DNA from: Haliotis rubra
Lineage: Eukaryota
Length of the DNA: 64,000 nt
Direction of reading: 5' to 3'
Assembly: GCF_003918875.1 (NCBI RefSeq)
Contig: NW_025765447.1
Coordinates: 682,001-746,000, forward strand
Part shown: piece by piece, positions 50,401 through 60,203 of the stretch
How the letters are laid out: every line of letters begins with the position of its first letter
Position numbering within the stretch: position 1 is the first letter of the stretch
Program-made: the position numbers and the translations under genes
Notes under the pieces: model-generated
The model's database searches: none
Seen by the model: the letters and a program-made list of their open reading frames with translations, nothing else
What the model was told of the DNA's origin: nothing

Positions 50401-53400
50401 TGATGAAGATCTGATAATCCCAACATCAGGTTGTTATCCAGATACCTCGCACCTGCTCCAGGCGGTTCATCATCAAATGTGTTCTTCATCCCGCTGACAC
50501 TATGCTGCCAATGGTGATGAGGAAGAAAACCTTCTTCCTCGAAATTTAATTGAGAGTTAATGGGACTTGCGTAAAGATTCCTTTGTCCTTGTGGTGACTT
50601 CTTTCGTCTCCCCTGTAGAGTCGGGCATCTTTCTACTGCAGACGTGTTACAGTCGATCTGGCTAAATGTCCCTCGTTTCAGTGGTAGACCATTCCAGTTA
50701 CTTCCAGATGGTTCAAAGCATTCGGCAACAGAAGCATCATAGAAGTCGCACGGGGATGACTTTTGATACCCCTCACTGACAACAGAGGATCTACTAAAGC
50801 ACCAAGAAGGCGTTCTGCTGGCCAGACTGAAGCATCTCTGATCCTGGTCGGGGTAATCCTCCTCCTGGCCAAGCATCTCCTCCCAACACAAGCTATGGTT
50901 CCAGTGACTCTCCTGCGTAGGTTTTAAGGAATAATCCACACGAACTGCGTGCATCTCATCAGATTCCTCTTGATAATTCCCCTCATCAGTATTAGCCTCC
51001 TCATGCAGCTCCAGATAGACATCCTCTGGGGTTTCACAATGTATCCTCATTGTGGTCTCAAAGTCTGATGATCTTCCTCTGGATAGTCCTTCTCTAGAGT
51101 ACACAGACAGCCTGGAGGTCTTGTCGCATTGGGATGCCATAGATGTGGTTTCACGGACCCCATTCTCAGACACGCGGCTGTTCTGTCTTGACATCAAGTC
51201 GTCCTTGACATCAGCACTGTGACACCACACGTCACCGTACGTCATGACGTTCGCTCCAAGGTGTGTATCTGTTAACATGTAGGAAGTGTTACTGTCTGAC
51301 TATTACCAATAATCAAAATATTTACACAAGCACACTCCTTTTTATTAAAAAAATGGAAAATGGAAAAAAATACTTTTCTCGACTTTAATGTCTCCAATAT
51401 AGAATTAAAATTTAAGTGATTAGGCAATCATTGTCTGACACGACGTTTCGGAGTACATGTATATTCTTACTCCTTCATCAGGTGAATGGAGTAAGCATAT
51501 ACTCCGAAACGTTGTGTCCATCACAATAAAAAAGTTGACATCCATTAAATTATTGCCTTTATGTGTATCGCTTCTAAATGCCATTCAAAGACTCTATAGG
51601 AGTATGCTTGTTTAAATATTTTGAATAATGATAATAGTTGACATCCATACAAATTCTTGCCTTTAAGCATTCACCTTTCGAAAAAAATAATTTTCACGAC
51701 TCTAATGTAATGATAATTTAAGTGATTAGGCAATCATTTTCTGTCCGATCATTATCATTATTCAATATATTTACGCAGTCATAAGCCTTTTTCATGAAAA
51801 AACATCCGGAAAGCCTTGGGGGGAGATAACTTGCTGTCCCCATTATGTAAATATACTTCAAATGATTGGGGATTTATTATTTAGTGAAGAGAAATTGACC
51901 AAATATAATTGGGTAGTCATATGGGGTTATGTGAATTACTACAATTCCTTGATTTCCCTTACCCGATTTATATGGCCTAAAAGGGGTTGGTTGATCCTTC
52001 CCATCCATCATAGATTGGCACGACCCCTTTCCGCAGAAACCCTCCAGGTCTTCCCTGGTCAGCTGACCGTTGATGATTGAGATGCACCTGCTGTTGTCGC
52101 CTCTCCATGGCCCGGACACGGTGTCGGGTGTCTGTGTCATGGGGCGGGTGTCTGGTGTCTTTACCTGGACATCCGGCTCGGGCTCCAGATACTGATTGCT
52201 CCAATACCGTGGGAACAACGCCAAGGAAAGGTCGCCTGGTGAACGACAAGACAACGTCAAGGTCTCTATCCATTGTAGGATACAAATTAACTCAAATTCA
52301 ATACACTCGATACAATCACAGCAGGATATATTTTGCGCTCGTCATGAACTACGATTACATTAAACACAACTGAAATTAATTATATAGTAATTGACGAAAT
52401 AGCACCTTGCCTCCGAACATCAGTTATTATCAATGAAGAGTTAAAAAAGAGGGGATTTAATGTGCATCCTTGCATAAGACCACGAAAAGAGATTATATGG
52501 GTTGAAATATTGAGCTTCGATAATTTCTGCTGCTAAAGTTCAATGAGATAATTGCTAACATTTGGCCGTGAACTGTATTCGAATGTAGGACAGACCTTCC
52601 AAAAATCCCAAATATACAGGTTCGTTCCACAAACATACAGTAACACGTTCGTGAACATTTATCTGAAAATAAAACTTTCTAAACGAGGTAGCCAGGTCTC
52701 GATATTTATTTGCAGCTCTTGTGGACTGTAGAGAGTAGTTACAATGTCTGGTCCTTCATCCTAGATGTTACCTTTGGAGTATCGGTTATCACTGGGTAGC
52801 TTCCTTGTCTTTCGGAGTCGGGATGAGATAAGTATCGACTTCAGCCACTGATGGTTGTCGTGGACCGACATCCGGTGCTCGCATCGGAAACAGTCGAAAG
52901 ATGTGTGCACTACTCGCCCTGGCTTGTAATCCTGAATAACAGATCCAACGGATCACTTGTACTTTCAGGTGTTCCCTTATTCGTGTCCATAAGTATATAA
53001 TGCACCTGGATCCCGATCCACAAATCATTCGCAAAATTACGACTTGTCGTAACTCTATAGTTTACCATAGGCTTACGAATTTCGCTTAGTGGGTCGGGAC
53101 CCAGGTCTATTATATAACGTTCATCGTGACAAGAACGTGCGTTGTTCCCCCAACTCCGTATTGCCCCATCCTTGAAATATCGAATTGTCGTCCCTTATAG
53201 TTTTCCATAAACCAGTCACATATTCGGAAAGTTAACAATCCCTACCTTGCCACTTGTACAGGGAGGTTCGGTAGGGAAGGGCAAGCCCAAACCTCCCACA
53301 TTCAAGGGATTGACTGGCAGGGGTGTAAGGCTGTAGCGCCGGGATGATTTCCCGATGCGACTCTGCTGCACGGCGGACCTAGTCTTTGAGGGCAGGTGCA

Positions 53401-56364
53401 ATTCAGGAAGGCGGACCTGCGACGGAAAGTGTCATAAAGGCGGATGAAGTACACAACTAAAACTCTGAAACTGTCTAGATGGTTTGTTTGTTTGCTTGTT
53501 GTTTAACGTCAGCAATATTCCAGCTATATGGGGGCGGTCTGTAAATAATCGAGCATGGACCAGACAATCCATTTGTCAACATAATGAGCATCGATCTACA
53601 TTTGGATACGATGACACGTGTCAACCAACTCAGCGAGCCTGACCACCCGATCCCGTTAGTCGCCTCTTTCGACAGGAATGGATTACTAAAGACCAATTCT
53701 AACCCGGATCTTCACAGGTTCTAGACGGCATAGTGACAGTATGCCGTGAAGCAAGAAAACCAATGATGACGATTGCAGGACATACCAGGTTCGAACCTGA
53801 AAGTCCGGTTTTTAACGAATGCTATCAGACAGCTGTTTTAACCAAAGATCACGCAATGAGAAGTGTTTTACTCACGTTATGACAGTCGGTGACGTTGCTG
53901 TCGCTGGTGGCGGGGTTCCTGCCGGTGACGCTGAGGGAGTGCATTGGGTCATCTCCCTCAAATTCACTTTCAGTAACTGACCCCCAGTCACAGGACTCCG
54001 AATTGTCACGGGATATAATCATCGGGACCTAAAGTTTGTTATCATTCCATCTTTAATAGTGTAACCAGTAATGCGTGTATTGTAGGAGAAGAGAGCACAG
54101 GGTCTGTGAGACATTGCCACGTTATCGAAACAGAAACATCGACAGAATACAACGTTCTCTTCACATTTTTCAAAATTCTAAAGATGTATTTAAAAAGAGT
54201 TGAAATATTTCGAGAGGCACAGTTTACAGCCTCTATTGAAACATATGTGGGGAAGTGGTAAGTGTGCCCCTCAGATAGAAATAAAAAGTTTTGTTATAAT
54301 TTATTGTTATTGTGAAAATAACTAATAATACGTATTGACTCATGAATAAATGACATGCTGGATGACATTTTCCTTTACCACTTCCGGCAAGATACTTATT
54401 TGACAAACGATATTCGGCGCCTTATTACGTGAGCAATTCACGCTTATGTTTAACGAACAAGTCTTCTCAAAGATGCATCGATTAGAAACGATGTTTTATT
54501 CGAAATATGCTCTGCACCACTAATAATGTCTACCCCCACCTTTGACTGACCACGTCTCATGACTTATCAACCAAAGTAAAGGGAGTAAAGGATTTTGTTG
54601 TTTTATATTCCCGCAAAACCGATTTCAGGATCACTAGATGGAGTAATGTCCCTTATAATATGCAGTATCCGCCCTGGAATTCACTCTATACCAATCGCTG
54701 GAAAAAAATGCTTATTGAAGTGAAATGTATCTATTATAATAGACTTTTACTTACCTCCTCCAGCCGTACTGTTGGCAAGGGGGCCCGGGGAGTACTTTGC
54801 TGACGGAGACACTGAGGGCGCGAGCGCAACTTCCCCTGGAGGACGCTGGTGCCTTGGAGGTTGGTGGATGGGCTCAAGGGGGTTTCCCGACCCTCGGGGT
54901 AACACAGACTCGGCTTTCGAATCGTGAATCCCTTCCGAAAAAGTTTAGATGGATGTGAATATGTATACCTCCACACATGTATATATTGTATATGCTTAAT
55001 TTCTAGTTACATGGTATTAAATGGTAACAGTAGAAAACGTTGTCGTCATCGTGGTGTACGTAGTAGTTGCTACCGGGTATTGAATAGTAGCAGTAGAAAT
55101 CATAATAGTAGCTAATAGTAGCATTGATATACGTACAAAAGATGTAAGGATACACAAAAATATGAAACTCTCACTAGAATCTAAACAATATGAACAAGTT
55201 AGTAAGTGAGTGAGTAAGTATGGTTTTACGCCGCTTTTAGCAATATTCCAGCAATATCACGGCGGGGGACACCAGAAATGGGCTTCACACATTGTACCCA
55301 TGTGGGGATATGAACAAGTAATACAAGGAAAATCTTATGGATAACAACTTCTTTATATATTTTTCACAACGTTTCTGTGCCTTTGAAGAATTTCAATATG
55401 AACAAGTGAGTGTGTGTACAGCATAGAGTATCAATTATATTTAGCTGAGCATATATAGAAATAATGGCCATGACCTTTTCGGGGGATATATTTGCATTAT
55501 TTGGTCGCCTTTATTTTTTAGAGATAAAGTTTTTCTAATGAATGGATTATTGCCAGCTCTCGGATCACATTGAAAGACCCAGGCTCCATTACTTTCACTA
55601 GCCTAAAACGAGACTTTTCTGGGTTGTGATTCAGTATATTCGGTTAAGTTCACATTTGGGGTTTAAACATGTTTACGGTTTTGTTTAACAGCTGAACGTG
55701 TTTAGATATATATCTATATGTGGGAAAGACCAATCAAGAATCTAAATTGAGTTTTGGTTATAACACCCTACAAACAGTATTCTAACTACAGCTTTTGAGA
55801 AATAGGTCCAGATAGTGTTTTAGCTAATTTTACAATGAGAATTAGCATGTTTCTGTCAGACCATTCACATCTCTCTGTCGTTATTTCACGTATCCGTTAT
55901 GGTTCCAAAACATATAGTGGCAGGAGCTATGTCATGTATATTTAGAACAATTGGAGTAATGTGAATCAGTATGATTTTACGCCGCCTTTAGCAATATTCC
56001 AGCAATATCTAGGCAGTGACCTTCACTCAGTGTTGGAGATAGATCCAGGACATTCTAGATAACGAATGAACCCATCAATCACCAAGAATTAGTCGAAATA
56101 CCGTTTTCGATACATTTCAGTTTCGGATTCAAAGCAAAGACACAGTGAAATTTTACTGTATGTGTTGAAACTTATTTCCAGCCCAGTTCGCGTAATTGAA
56201 TTTTTTTTAAATAACTACGGTAAATCATTTTTTTCTTTCTCTGCGTCACTTCATACCTTGGATACTCTGGTCCTGGCGTACACTGGGGTCCGGGAAGTCC
56301 CCACGCTCCGGGGGGGCGGGGCCTCCTCAATCACTGAGACAGGAGTGGGGCATGCTGCCCTCAT
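44098..56364 (-). CDS. Uncharacterized low-complexity protein, 12 coding exons, about 1171 aa
   Basis: Minus-strand GT-AG exons in continuous phase: 56364-56257, 54931-54755, 54028-53876, 53416-53246, 52931-52772, 52265-51963, 51268-50237, 48458-47775, 46932-46743, 46187-45985, 45635-45523, 44319-44098 (3516 nt). Ser/Pro/Arg/Thr-rich, with an acidic tract and a basic cluster; no domain recognised. Confidence 0.8.
44448..44498. repeat. (CAT)n microsatellite
   Basis: Direct reading. Confidence 0.95.
45523..45635 (-). CDS. Orphan gene exon 11
   Basis: attacag acceptor; SSGQVTDREND...DLQRT; gtaagt donor. Confidence 0.72.
45985..46187 (-). CDS. Orphan gene exon 10
   Basis: tttcccag acceptor; NKDLKLSAEKYVLSSPRQSP...PADR; gtacgt donor. 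Confidence 0.72.
46743..46932 (-). CDS. Orphan gene exon 9
   Basis: tttccag acceptor; EMSKMDPMQALP...LQQN; gtactt donor. Confidence 0.72.
47775..48458 (-). CDS. Orphan gene exon 8
   Basis: Overlaps the 230-aa ORF; cttcag acceptor, gtataa donor; KRRKPKKRKR cluster. Confidence 0.82.
48512..48626. mobile_element. Short palindromic MITE
   Basis: About 48-bp arms cctgggtctagattttcgaagctctcttagcgct... / ...agcgctaagagagcttcgaaaatctatgcccagg. A similar architecture occurs at 53005-53105. Confidence 0.7.
50237..51268 (-). CDS. Orphan gene exon 7 (1032 nt)
   Basis: Inside the 392-aa ORF; ttaacag acceptor, gtatgt donor; E/D-rich tract. Confidence 0.85.
51439..51484 (-). ncRNA. Minimal (Penelope-type) hammerhead ribozyme motif
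   Basis: Minus strand reads CAC-CUGAUGA-A-GGAGUA(loop)UACUCC-GAA-ACGU-C-GUG: intact core, 6-bp stem II, palindromic ACGU stem III, GUC cleavage triplet, 3-bp stem I. Confidence 0.6.
51963..52265 (-). CDS. Orphan gene exon 6
   Basis: ETLTLSCRSPGDLSLALFPRYW...RPYKS; gtaag donor. Confidence 0.7.
52772..52931 (-). CDS. Orphan gene exon 5
   Basis: DYKPGRVVHTSFDCFRCEHRM...RYSK; gtaac donor. Confidence 0.68.
53246..53416 (-). CDS. Orphan gene exon 4
   Basis: VRLPELHLPSK...PCTSGK; gtaggg donor. Confidence 0.72.
53482..53720 (-). mobile_element. SINE-like family B full-length copy
   Basis: Flanked by tctagatgg and tctagacgg (imperfect TSD). Confidence 0.8.
53876..54028 (-). CDS. Orphan gene exon 3
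   Basis: ctttag acceptor; VPMIISRDNSES...DCHN; gtgagt donor. Confidence 0.72.
54755..54931 (-). CDS. Orphan gene exon 2
   Basis: GFTIRKPSLCY...TVRLEE; gtaagt donor. Confidence 0.7.
56257..56364 (-). CDS. Orphan gene exon 1
   Basis: MRAACPTPVSVIEEAPPPRSVGTSRTPVYARTRVSK; gtatga donor; in-frame TAG upstream. Confidence 0.65.
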
Positions 56365-56995
56365 GTTCTCGGTGAATGACTAGCGGTCATGGGGGAAACA
56401 TTGTCAACTACCTGAAGTTTTCCGCTCAGGCAAACTCACAAACTCCTCCACCCATGTAGGGTAAAGGTATTCGGAGCTGATTGTGACGTCACTCGAGACT
56501 GTGACGTGTTTCCCATGTGCGATGACGTCAGAATTCATCGTGGACACTACTGAAGTCAGTTCATTTCTTCTTCGTGAAATTTCTTAGCACGAAGCAGTGT
56601 CTTTTTCCAATAAATTATGATAATATATTTTGGTATTGGTGTTTTCATATTGTTTTTAAAGGTCAAAGGTCAGTCGTATTACGCTTTGTGAATAAAATAT
56701 AAAGTATTTGTTCACGTACAAAAGCCGTATTGGCCCGGTAAAATCCGTATTGGGCCACGAAAATCCCGTATTCGACCGCTTTAAAGTCTCGTATTGAGCC
56801 GCTAAGCACATATTGAATCTCCGATGGTTCTCATATATAATGCAGGTATATTTGAGTTTAATTTATTACGTATAACTATTGATAAAACCTACTCTCATTT
56901 TTCAATCCGAGGTGTGTCTTTCCCCACAACTGAGACAATAATCTTCTTTTTAAAGAATCAAAACTACTTACTAATCTTCTTTTTGATATAATATA

Positions 56996-57538
56996 CAGTC
57001 CGTTTGGCTCAAAAGCGGACCGATGAATTGCAATCTAACTCGAAACCTAATAAACATAAAATACTCAATGAAACGCTGATCATAATCAAAACATCATACC
57101 CACTCTGTGAGGTTTTTGCAGAATTTTTGTCCTAAAAATAAAAAAGTTGTTTAACAATCTATCATTAAAATATTGACACAGTTCACTATTTGTTACGAGG
57201 GAGGAGTGCAGAGAAAGGGACAGCCAGGTGTTCGAGAACGGATGGAGACGGCACAGCACAGGTTAATGAATAAATGACTTTGTCTGTGAGCGTGCTTCTC
57301 GAACACCTGGCTGTCCCTTTCTCTGCACTCCTCCCTCGTAACAAACGCTGAACTGTGTCAATATTTTAATGCTATTTTGTTAAACAACTTTTTTATTTTT
57401 AGGACAAAAATTCTGCAAAAACCTCACAGAGTGGGTATGATGTTTTGATTATGATCAGTGTTTCATTGAGTATGTTATGTTTATTAGGTTTCGAGTTAGA
57501 TTGCAATTCATCGGTCCGCTTTTGAGCCAAACGGACTG
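56996..57538. mobile_element. Tc1/mariner-type MITE with 243-bp TIRs
   Basis: Near-perfect arms 56996-57238 and 57296-57538, CAGT termini, TA TSD on both sides. Confidence 0.9.
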
Positions 57539-58841
57539 TAGATATTGCGTACATCTCGATAATATGTGACCATTCTTATCGTTTCAGCTGACAGGTAAAA
57601 AATTGTGAAAGATTAAAAAAAATGTATAGCTTTCAGCACCATATCTGTTTCCTGTATTGTGTTACTGGGTAGCTTGCGCTGGTATACCTCAATCCATATT
57701 ATCGCCCTATTTATATCGATAATATTTCACATTGCTATTTGGGTTAGGTATTTATTTGGTAAATATATCAAAATTTCGCTGTTATTCTATCTATTTTCTG
57801 TGGACGTGTCTTACTAGATATATTTCGGTTAAATATGATTTTTATATTGCATTGAAACAGGCTTAATTTATCACATACATCTGCAAATATATTTGTTTGA
57901 GTTGTGGTCTCGCCGTTTAAGATTTAGTCACAAATTGGTTGCAAGGTGTGAACGCCTGATCTTAGTCTAAGGATTTCAAATACCATACACCTAGTTGTGT
58001 TTGCGTTGTAAGGCAGAACTTGTCCCATTTATTACAAATTGTGCCTGTGTGCTATATTAGTAGAAGTGCTATAAAATCGGTAAGAAATTCAATTCAAGGG
58101 AGGCTACTCTCAGATAGCGTTGCTTTTCTTTCCCGGAAATCCAACAAGTCGAAGCAGAGCATCATGTTGCTAATGAAAACAATGATTAGCGTGAAGCTGA
58201 CATAACCACGTATCAGAAGATTTTTGTGAGTCAGACTGATTGTTAATTGTCTCTGATTGTCTAGCTTGACAATTTGGTTGTCTTTATCCTGAAATTTTAT
58301 GATGCGAATGAAAACATAACCTGTGTCACTGCGCTTTTCAAGGGAGATAATGGTATATGATTAAAATTGACATTATTTTGTTTTCATACCAAACTTCGTC
58401 AAACATTCTCATGCAAAAGTAACACCAAATAGCATGCATTCATATCTACAAGCATGGGAAACTGTCATTAATTTCGGCAAAATAGCATAGATGGATCAAT
58501 AACAAATATTTTTGTACAATATATGTAGATCAACTGCTACGAATAATTTTTTGTGGGGTGGGGCAGAGACCATACACCGGTATATGGTCTCTGGGTGGGT
58601 TTTTGGCCCATCCAGGATTCATGCCCACACTGTCAGGGTGAAACCCTAATTGCAAGTGAACAAAGTCAGCTACCTAACTCACTACTTCTTAACAAAATGG
58701 AAGTCTGAGTGATATGCTGACAGCTTTTAGCCTGGGTCACATACTTTGTGTACCTATATGTGACAGCCAGAAGCTATTAATACACCATGACTACACTTTC
58801 TTAATGACATTGAGATAACATCATGATGAAGTACCAATGAC

Positions 58842-59512
58842 TAGGTTTGGATATTGCCCTGATTCTCATATTGCGATATATTGCAATAATTTAAGAGATA
58901 TTGCAATACATATTATACAATTATAGACTGGTGATGAGGTCAATACCTGTTTTTATAGCTAAAACACGTGGAATTATCATGAAACGGCCCCGCTATTATC
59001 AGAAATTTGTGGGCCCGCTGCAAATGATATTGGACCGCTCAACCTTAACGATCAGTTCTGTTTTCAAGTGACGTCATAGTGGGTGCGTGATGAAGGAGCA
59101 AGCATACACCCCGAAAAGGTTGTGTAATTCACAACAAGAAGTTGACATCCAAAAATCTTGCTTTTCTTATAGGATTGGTCCATTTGAGGCCACTGAATTC
59201 CTCCAAAACGTCACATATGAAACCATTCAAACCCACAAAACTTAAAAATCATTTGGTAGACTACTTGGCACTTTTGGTGCCACTTATAAAGATGCTTCCA
59301 CTTGTAAAATGCTACATGAAACCAACATAAATGTAAGTGTAGAACACGTTTAGAACACATTTCGTTGTTATGGAAATCAATGGCACATAATTCAAAGGGA
59401 GCTAACTCTGTATGACCCAATATATTGCAGAATCTGAACCATATCGCGGTAATCATATCGTGAGATACTGTACTGGTATATAGCAGTTTACCGGTAATAT
59501 TGCACAGCCCTA
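58842..59512. mobile_element. hAT-like non-autonomous element
   Basis: TAGG...CCTA termini; flanks ccaatgac / ccaatgca. Confidence 0.5.
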
Positions 59513-60128
59513 CCAATGCACAAGTTGAAGCATTAAGATGTGAGTGCATCTAGAGAAACTGACTGGGATGAAAGTGATGCTTACAAACAAATGAACCCTT
59601 TATCCATTTAAGAAATAGTTTCCTCTACCCCCATGTTTAGTGTAATAAAGTACAGTTTGGCCCAGAACAATTATAGTTTAATTATTGACTTTTTAGAGGA
59701 AACTGAATTGTCAAAGTTTTTAATAAGTATGTTTTGTAAATGGATAAATAGGACAATCACCAACGGCTGAAAGTGATGATGTAAATTCAGCTTGGGTCCA
59801 TGCAGGAGGCGAAAGTACCTTAAGACACTATTGTCCTTAGTATGGTGATCTGCCTTTAGTTGGTGGTGATCTATAGCCTGTTATATATTGTATTGTCTTC
59901 AATAAAAAAAATAGTTTTCGATTTATATGTTTTACATCTATATCTGTGATGTTTTAGATTTTTTGACAGTCCTTCGTTGACAGGTTTATTCTAAGTTTAT
60001 GTATCATGAATGTTACAATTGTTTTACTAGTCATGTTATAGCTGAAATACTGATGATGTGACCGAGAGTCTTAACTCTCTCACTCACTCACAATATGTGT
60101 GCTATCTTGTTGCAGCTTGGTAAATATC

Positions 60129-60203
60129 ATGGAGCAGTACACGATCCTAGGACGCATTGGAGAGGGAGCACATGGCATTGTACTGAAGGCAAAACACACA
60201 GAG
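60129..60203 (+). CDS. CDK20: CDK20 coding exon 1
   Basis: MEQYTILGRIGEGAHGIVLKAKHTE; upstream ttgcag acceptor at 60115 implies a 5' UTR exon further upstream. Confidence 0.92.

Noticed and set aside
51977-52285. Alternative 102-aa frame for orphan exon 6
   Set aside because: Ends in a stop and breaks phase; the other frame joins exons 5 and 7 correctly.
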